In this document: positions 59,763-64,000 of the stretch, in pieces
Layout of the letters: every line of letters starts with the position of its first letter
How positions within the stretch are numbered: position 1 is the first letter of the stretch
DNA from: an uncultured Gemmatimonadales bacterium
Lineage (GTDB): Bacteria > Gemmatimonadota > Gemmatimonadetes > Gemmatimonadales > GWC2-71-9
Length of the DNA: 64,000 nt
Direction of reading: 5' to 3'
NCBI GenBank assembly: GCA_963779755.1
Contig: CAVZZO010000001.1
Span: 1,696,001-1,760,000 of the forward strand
Translations under genes and position numbers: made by a program
The notes under the pieces: generated by a model
The model's input: the letters and a program-made list of their open reading frames with translations, nothing else
Told to the model about the DNA's origin: nothing
The model's database searches: none

Positions 59763-59778
59763 GAGACCGATCGGTCTC
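59763..59778. promoter_or_regulatory. Perfect 16-bp palindrome; probable TetR operator
   Basis: GAGACCGATCGGTCTC between a TATTTT -10-like hexamer and the SD of the TetR gene. Confidence 0.7.
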
Positions 59779-59794
59779 TACAGGGGGAGTCGCC

Positions 59795-60463
59795 ATGTCG
59801 CGGGGAGAGCGCACCCGGCAACACATTATTGCCCAGGCCGCCGCGCTGTTCAACCAGCAGGGCGTGGCGGGTTCCTCAGTGGCCGACATCATGGAGGTCA
59901 CGGGGTTGCAGAAGGGCGGCATCTACCGGCACTTCGGCAGCAAGGAAGAGCTGGCGCTCGCGGCCTACGACTATGCCGTGGACGTCCTGGAGCAGCGCTT
60001 CCTGGCCGGCATGGCTGGGACGCGCGATCCGCTGGCCCGGCTGCGGGGGCTGCTCTCGGTCTTCCGCCAGCATATCACCCGGCCGCCGCTGCCCGGCGGC
60101 TGTCCCGTGATGAACACCGCGATCGAAGCGGATGACACCAATGCGGTGCTTCGGGACCGGGCGCAGCGCACCATGGAACAGTGGCGCGGTACCGTGGCCG
60201 ACCTGTTGCGTCAGGCGGTGGCGGCGGGCCGCCTGCGAGCACGGGTGGATCCGGAGGAGGCCGCGACGGCCATGGTCGGCAGCCTGGAGGGCGCGGTCAT
60301 GCTGACCCGCCTCACCGCCGATCCCCAGCACATGCGCCGGGCGGCCGATTTCTGGACCCGCTATCTGGAGGAGGACGATTCGCTCGGCCCTCCAGACGAC
60401 TCGACCCGCTCGACCGGGTTACCGGGTCGAGCGGGTCGCAGACGTCGAGCGCCGCCCGGCTAG
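59795..60463 (+). CDS. TetR/AcrR-family transcriptional regulator
   Basis: TRQHII..AAALFNQQG..SVADIMEVTGLQKGGIYRHFGSKEEL; GGCPVMNTAIE; GGGGGAG SD. Confidence 0.93.
   Translation: MSRGERTRQHIIAQAAALFNQQGVAGSSVADIMEVTGLQKGGIYRHFGSKEELALAAYDYAVDVLEQRFLAGMAGTRDPLARLRGLLSVFRQHITRPPLPGGCPVMNTAIEADDTNAVLRDRAQRTMEQWRGTVADLLRQAVAAGRLRARVDPEEAATAMVGSLEGAVMLTRLTADPQHMRRAADFWTRYLEEDDSLGPPDDSTRSTGLPGRAGRRRRAPPG
60383..60449. repeat. Palindromic 9-mer repeat (CTCGACCCG / CGGGTCGAG) inside the TetR 3' extension
   Basis: ctcgacccg ctcgaccgg gtta ccgggtcgag cgggtcgcag. Confidence 0.7.
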
Positions 60464-61392
60464 TTGGGTACTTTGCTGGATTGCTTCGCGACGCGCTCTT
60501 TCTTGATGCGCTTCTGGGCGTACAGTTCCTGGTCGGCCTGGGCGAGGATGTCTTCCACCGACCGGGTGTTTTCCGGATCCACGCGGACCGCTCCCAGGCT
60601 GGCCGACAGCTTGTAATCGAGGTTGTGGCTGCTGTCGTAGCGGCTCATGTTCTCCTGCAGGGCCGCGGCGATGATGTCGCTGCTGCCCTCGTAGGCATCG
60701 ATGGCCAGGATGGCAAATTCATCGCCCCCGATGCGGCTGACGATGTCGGAACTGCGGAAGGTCTCGCGCAGCACCTGCGCCATGGCGACGAGCGCCCGGT
60801 CGCCCTCGGGGTGACCGTAGGTGTCGTTGATGCGCTTGAGGCCGTCCAGGTCCACGAAGATGAACAGCAGGTCCTGGTTGGTCCGGTGGGCGAACCGCAG
60901 CTGCTGCTCGGCCAGGGTGAGAAATCCGCGCCGGTTGTAGAGGCCGGTCAGCTCGTCGGTGAGTGAGAGCCGGCGCAGCGCCGCCCGCATCTCCTGCCGC
61001 TCGACGGCGTAGCGCAGCGCCCGCGCCAGCAGCACGCCATCGGTGTGATTCTTCACCATGTAGTCCTGCGCCCCTTCCCGGACCGCGGCGCAGGCCAGGT
61101 CTTCGTCGTCTATCCCGGTGAGCACCACCACCGGCATTTCGGGCGCCGCCGCCTGGACCTGGAACAGGGTATCCAGGCCATGGGCATCGGGCAGCGAGAG
61201 GTCCAGCAGCACGACATCCACGACCTGCTCGCGCAGGCATTTCACGCCTTCGGAGACGCGGCTGCTGGTGAGGAGCTCGAACGCCGGCCCGCCGGCGCGC
61301 CCGGGGCGCTCTTCCCGCAGCGCCTCCTGGATGAGCCGGGCATCGCCGGGGTTATCCTCGATCAGCAGGACCCGCAACGTCTGTCCTTCCAT
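60460..61392 (-). CDS. Response regulator-diguanylate cyclase (REC-GGDEF)
   Basis: LLIEDNPGDA, LLDLSLPD, GAQDYMVK; DELTGLYNRR, I-site RSSD, RIGGDEF. Confidence 0.94.
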   Translation of the reverse strand: MEGQTLRVLLIEDNPGDARLIQEALREERPGRAGGPAFELLTSSRVSEGVKCLREQVVDVVLLDLSLPDAHGLDTLFQVQAAAPEMPVVVLTGIDDEDLACAAVREGAQDYMVKNHTDGVLLARALRYAVERQEMRAALRRLSLTDELTGLYNRRGFLTLAEQQLRFAHRTNQDLLFIFVDLDGLKRINDTYGHPEGDRALVAMAQVLRETFRSSDIVSRIGGDEFAILAIDAYEGSSDIIAAALQENMSRYDSSHNLDYKLSASLGAVRVDPENTRSVEDILAQADQELYAQKRIKKERVAKQSSKVPN

Positions 61393-61429
61393 GCGCCTCC
61401 AGGGACCAGGCCGCCCGGCTTCGGGGGAA

Positions 61430-61945
61430 TCAGGAGTAGGGGAGCGTGACGGTGTCCAGCCAGAACTCCTCGATACGACCCACCACCAGGTAGAACTCGT
61501 CGAGATTCAGCGGCTTCCGGATATAGCAGTTGGCGTGCGATTCGTAGCACACCCGCACGTCGTCCTCGCTGCTGGAGGTGGTCATGATGACCACCGGGAT
61601 GCGGCGCAGGTCCGGGTCGTTCTTGATTTCTTTCAGCACCTGCCGCCCGTCCTTCCGCGGCAGGTTGAGGTCCAGGATGATCAGTCGCGGCCGCGCGGCA
61701 TGCTGGTACACCCCGCCGCCGTGCAGGAAGGCCAGCGCCGCCTCGCCGTCGCTTGCCACGTGGAAGTTGGCGCGGGTGCCGGTTTCGGCGAACGCCTCGA
61801 GCAGGAGCCGCACGTCGGCCGGGTTGTCCTCGACCAGCAGGATGTCGGTCAGCCCGCCCGGCTCCCGCCGTAGCGGGCTCTCGCGGGCCAGCGCCCGGTG
61901 GGAGGCGGTTTCGGGCACCCCGCACTCGGGGGTCGCGTCAGGCAC
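61430..61945 (-). CDS. Single-domain response regulator (Rcp1-like); start uncertain
   Basis: ILLVEDNPADV, ILDLNLPRKDG, IPVVIMTTS, ANCYIRKP, FWL. Confidence 0.9.
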   Translation of the reverse strand: MPDATPECGVPETASHRALARESPLRREPGGLTDILLVEDNPADVRLLLEAFAETGTRANFHVASDGEAALAFLHGGGVYQHAARPRLIILDLNLPRKDGRQVLKEIKNDPDLRRIPVVIMTTSSSEDDVRVCYESHANCYIRKPLNLDEFYLVVGRIEEFWLDTVTLPYS

Positions 61946-62072
61946 CGGGCACCGCCCGGTTCCGGCGGATTCTCCCTGGATGTGGTAGCAGTTCCATATG
62001 GAATACCAAGATAGGGCAAAACCGCAATCGAGGGAACTTTGGGGTACCGCAGGGCCGGGGCTGTGACCTGCC

Positions 62073-63848
62073 TCACCTTTCCGGGGCCGGAGCCGGCGGC
62101 ACCGGTGGAGGGGGGGCGGCCGGCATCATTCCGGTCCCCAGGTCCAGCGCCACCATATGCGGCTGGCCGTCGCGTACGCTCAACACCAGCAGGTCGAGCC
62201 CCTGCACCCGCAGCCGCTGGCCCGGCTCGACCTGGCGGGGCAGGTGGTCCAGCAGCCAGGAGGCCAGCGGGACATCCGCGGAGCGGTCCAGCGAAACCCC
62301 GTAGAACTCTTGCAGATCGCCCACCGTGGCGAGCTGGGCATCGAAGGAGAACTCCCGCCGGCCGGCCAGGGACGCGGTATCGGGGCGCGAGGTGCGGAAC
62401 AGCCGACCCACCAGCGGCCCCTGCGACACCTCATAGAGCACGTAGACCTGGTCGCGCGCCTGCAGCACCGTACTGCCCCGCGGCGCGATCACCTCGACGC
62501 CCCGAACCAGCAGCAGCACCAGCGCATCGCGGGGCAGCGGGAGTTCGCGCACCGGGCGTCCCTCGGCCGGGCTGCCCGCTTCCACCCGATAGCCCAGCAG
62601 CTCCTGGCCGGTTTCGCGCAGTGCCGTCAACTCCAGCGAGACCGGCGGCTCGCTAACCGCCGGCTGGGTCAGGCCCAGGCGGCGCGCCAGGGGGACAAAG
62701 AGCGTACCCTGCACCAGCACCGACAGCAGGACGACGAAGAAGACCAGATGGAACATGGTCTCGGCCTGGGGCACGCCGGCGGCGAGCGGGAGCGTGGCCA
62801 CAATCACGGGAAAGGCGCCGCGGAACCCGCCGAAGGAGAGTACCACCTGCTCGCGCCAGTTGAAACGGAACGGGGTCGCGGATACCAGCACCGCCAGCGG
62901 CCGTGCCAGAAAGACCAGCACGCCGGCGATAATGAGCCCGGGGCCGATCGAGCGTACCAGGTGGCTGGGCGTGGCGATGGCGCCGACCAGCACGAAGACG
63001 CTGACCTGGGCGATCCAGGAGGTGCCGTCGTGGAAGCGCCGGATGCCGCGATCCATGGGAACCCGGGCGCTGCCCACCACCACACCTGCCACGAATACCG
63101 AGGCGAAGGCGCTGCCGCCCAGAACATGGGCCGCGCCGAAGGCCAGCAACGCGGCGCCGGTGGTGAGCGCCAGATACAGCCCGGCCACATCCAGGTGCAC
63201 CAGCCGCATGGCGCGCGCGGTACCCCATCCCACCAGCAGCCCCACCAGCATGCCGACCCCGATCTGACGCAGGAAGACGAATCCTACGCCCCACCAACTG
63301 GGGTGATTGCCGTTCTGCTGCAGCATGCCGATGAACGCGATCGCCAGGAACACGGCGATGGGGTCGTTGAGGCCGGTTTCGACTTCCAGGGTCTTGCGCA
63401 GGCGGGAGGGCAGCAGCACGCCGCGGCCGCGCTGCACCGCGAAGACGGCGGCCGCATCGGTCGAGCCCACGATGCTGCCGAGCAGCATGCCCTGGGTCCA
63501 GGAGAAATCGAGCAGGTACACCGCGGTGGCGGCCACCACGCCGGCGGTCACCAGCACCCCCACCGTCGCCAGCGCCGTTGCGGGGCCGGCCACGCGCCGG
63601 ATGTCTTCCACCGGCGTCGTGAGTCCGCCGTCGAAGAGGATCAGCGCCATGAAGGTGAGCGCCACCCCGCTCGCCAGCACCGGGTCGAGCTGCGGGACGC
63701 GGAACGGCCCCTCCGGACCGGCCACGAAGCCGATCAGGATAAACAACAGAATGAGCGGGATTCCCGCCCGGATGCTGAGCCGGCTGGAGAGCACGGCGGC
63801 AGCGAGCAGGAGCCCCGCCACCATCATGAGCCGGGCGGCGAGATCCAT
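62073..63848 (-). CDS. K+/H+ antiporter (NhaP2/CvrA-like) with TrkA-C and CorC-like C-terminal domains
   Basis: ILFDGGL, VGSTDAAAVF, LEVETGLNDP, GFRGAFPVIVATLP, VLVQGT. Confidence 0.9.
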   Translation of the reverse strand: MDLAARLMMVAGLLLAAAVLSSRLSIRAGIPLILLFILIGFVAGPEGPFRVPQLDPVLASGVALTFMALILFDGGLTTPVEDIRRVAGPATALATVGVLVTAGVVAATAVYLLDFSWTQGMLLGSIVGSTDAAAVFAVQRGRGVLLPSRLRKTLEVETGLNDPIAVFLAIAFIGMLQQNGNHPSWWGVGFVFLRQIGVGMLVGLLVGWGTARAMRLVHLDVAGLYLALTTGAALLAFGAAHVLGGSAFASVFVAGVVVGSARVPMDRGIRRFHDGTSWIAQVSVFVLVGAIATPSHLVRSIGPGLIIAGVLVFLARPLAVLVSATPFRFNWREQVVLSFGGFRGAFPVIVATLPLAAGVPQAETMFHLVFFVVLLSVLVQGTLFVPLARRLGLTQPAVSEPPVSLELTALRETGQELLGYRVEAGSPAEGRPVRELPLPRDALVLLLVRGVEVIAPRGSTVLQARDQVYVLYEVSQGPLVGRLFRTSRPDTASLAGRREFSFDAQLATVGDLQEFYGVSLDRSADVPLASWLLDHLPRQVEPGQRLRVQGLDLLVLSVRDGQPHMVALDLGTGMMPAAPPPPVPPAPAPER

Positions 63849-63860
63849 GCCTGAAGAAGG

Positions 63861-63940
63861 CGGCAAGACGGCAGGACGGCAAGACGGCAGGACGGCAGGA
63901 CGGCAGGACGGCAGGACGGCAGGACGGCAGGACGGCAGGC
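63861..63940. repeat. Octamer tandem array CGGCARGA x10
   Basis: Ten 8-nt units immediately upstream of the antiporter start codon. Confidence 0.95.
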
Positions 63941-63973
63941 TGCATCCTGTGTCACTGGTCGCACACTCGGCTG

Positions 63974-64000
63974 CGCCGTACCGCCGTACCGCCGTACCGC
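63974..64000. repeat. Octamer tandem array CGCCGTAC x3 or more (truncated by the window edge)
   Basis: cgccgtac cgccgtac cgccgtac cgc; partly complementary (GCCGT/ACGGC) to the upstream array. Confidence 0.85.

Overview
A GC-rich (roughly 70% by eye) bacterial chromosomal segment. Gene content and style suggest Gemmatimonadota, which is an inference. Most of it is housekeeping and signalling: pntAA/AB/B, an RpoD-family sigma factor, acnA, a PIG-L deacetylase-ABC-MFS operon, M3/M1/M28/M50/DegP peptidases, infA, a cold-shock protein, queC/queE/queF, speA, a CheB-CheR-kinase fusion, a giant PAS/GAF kinase, citrate synthase, an acyl-CoA dehydrogenase, TetR, REC and REC-GGDEF regulators and a K+/H+ antiporter. 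I found no rRNA, tRNA, CRISPR array or transposase. The most notable items are: (1) an accessory-looking block at about 51.0-57.6 kb, with a membrane-spanning SARP/BTAD-ATPase-TPR regulator divergent from a 67-aa microprotein and a ZU5-like HFS-motif lipoprotein, followed by decayed lipoprotein cassettes, one with a C10 frameshift tract; (2) a coupled diguanylate cyclase, CGNR zinc finger and pseudokinase/kinase operon, next to a candidate stand-alone structured small RNA; (3) a probable AUC start codon for speA; (4) several apparent pseudoenzymes; (5) leaderless que genes; and (6) diverse palindromic short-tandem-repeat elements in many intergenic gaps. All calls come from motif recognition by eye, and no database searches were run.
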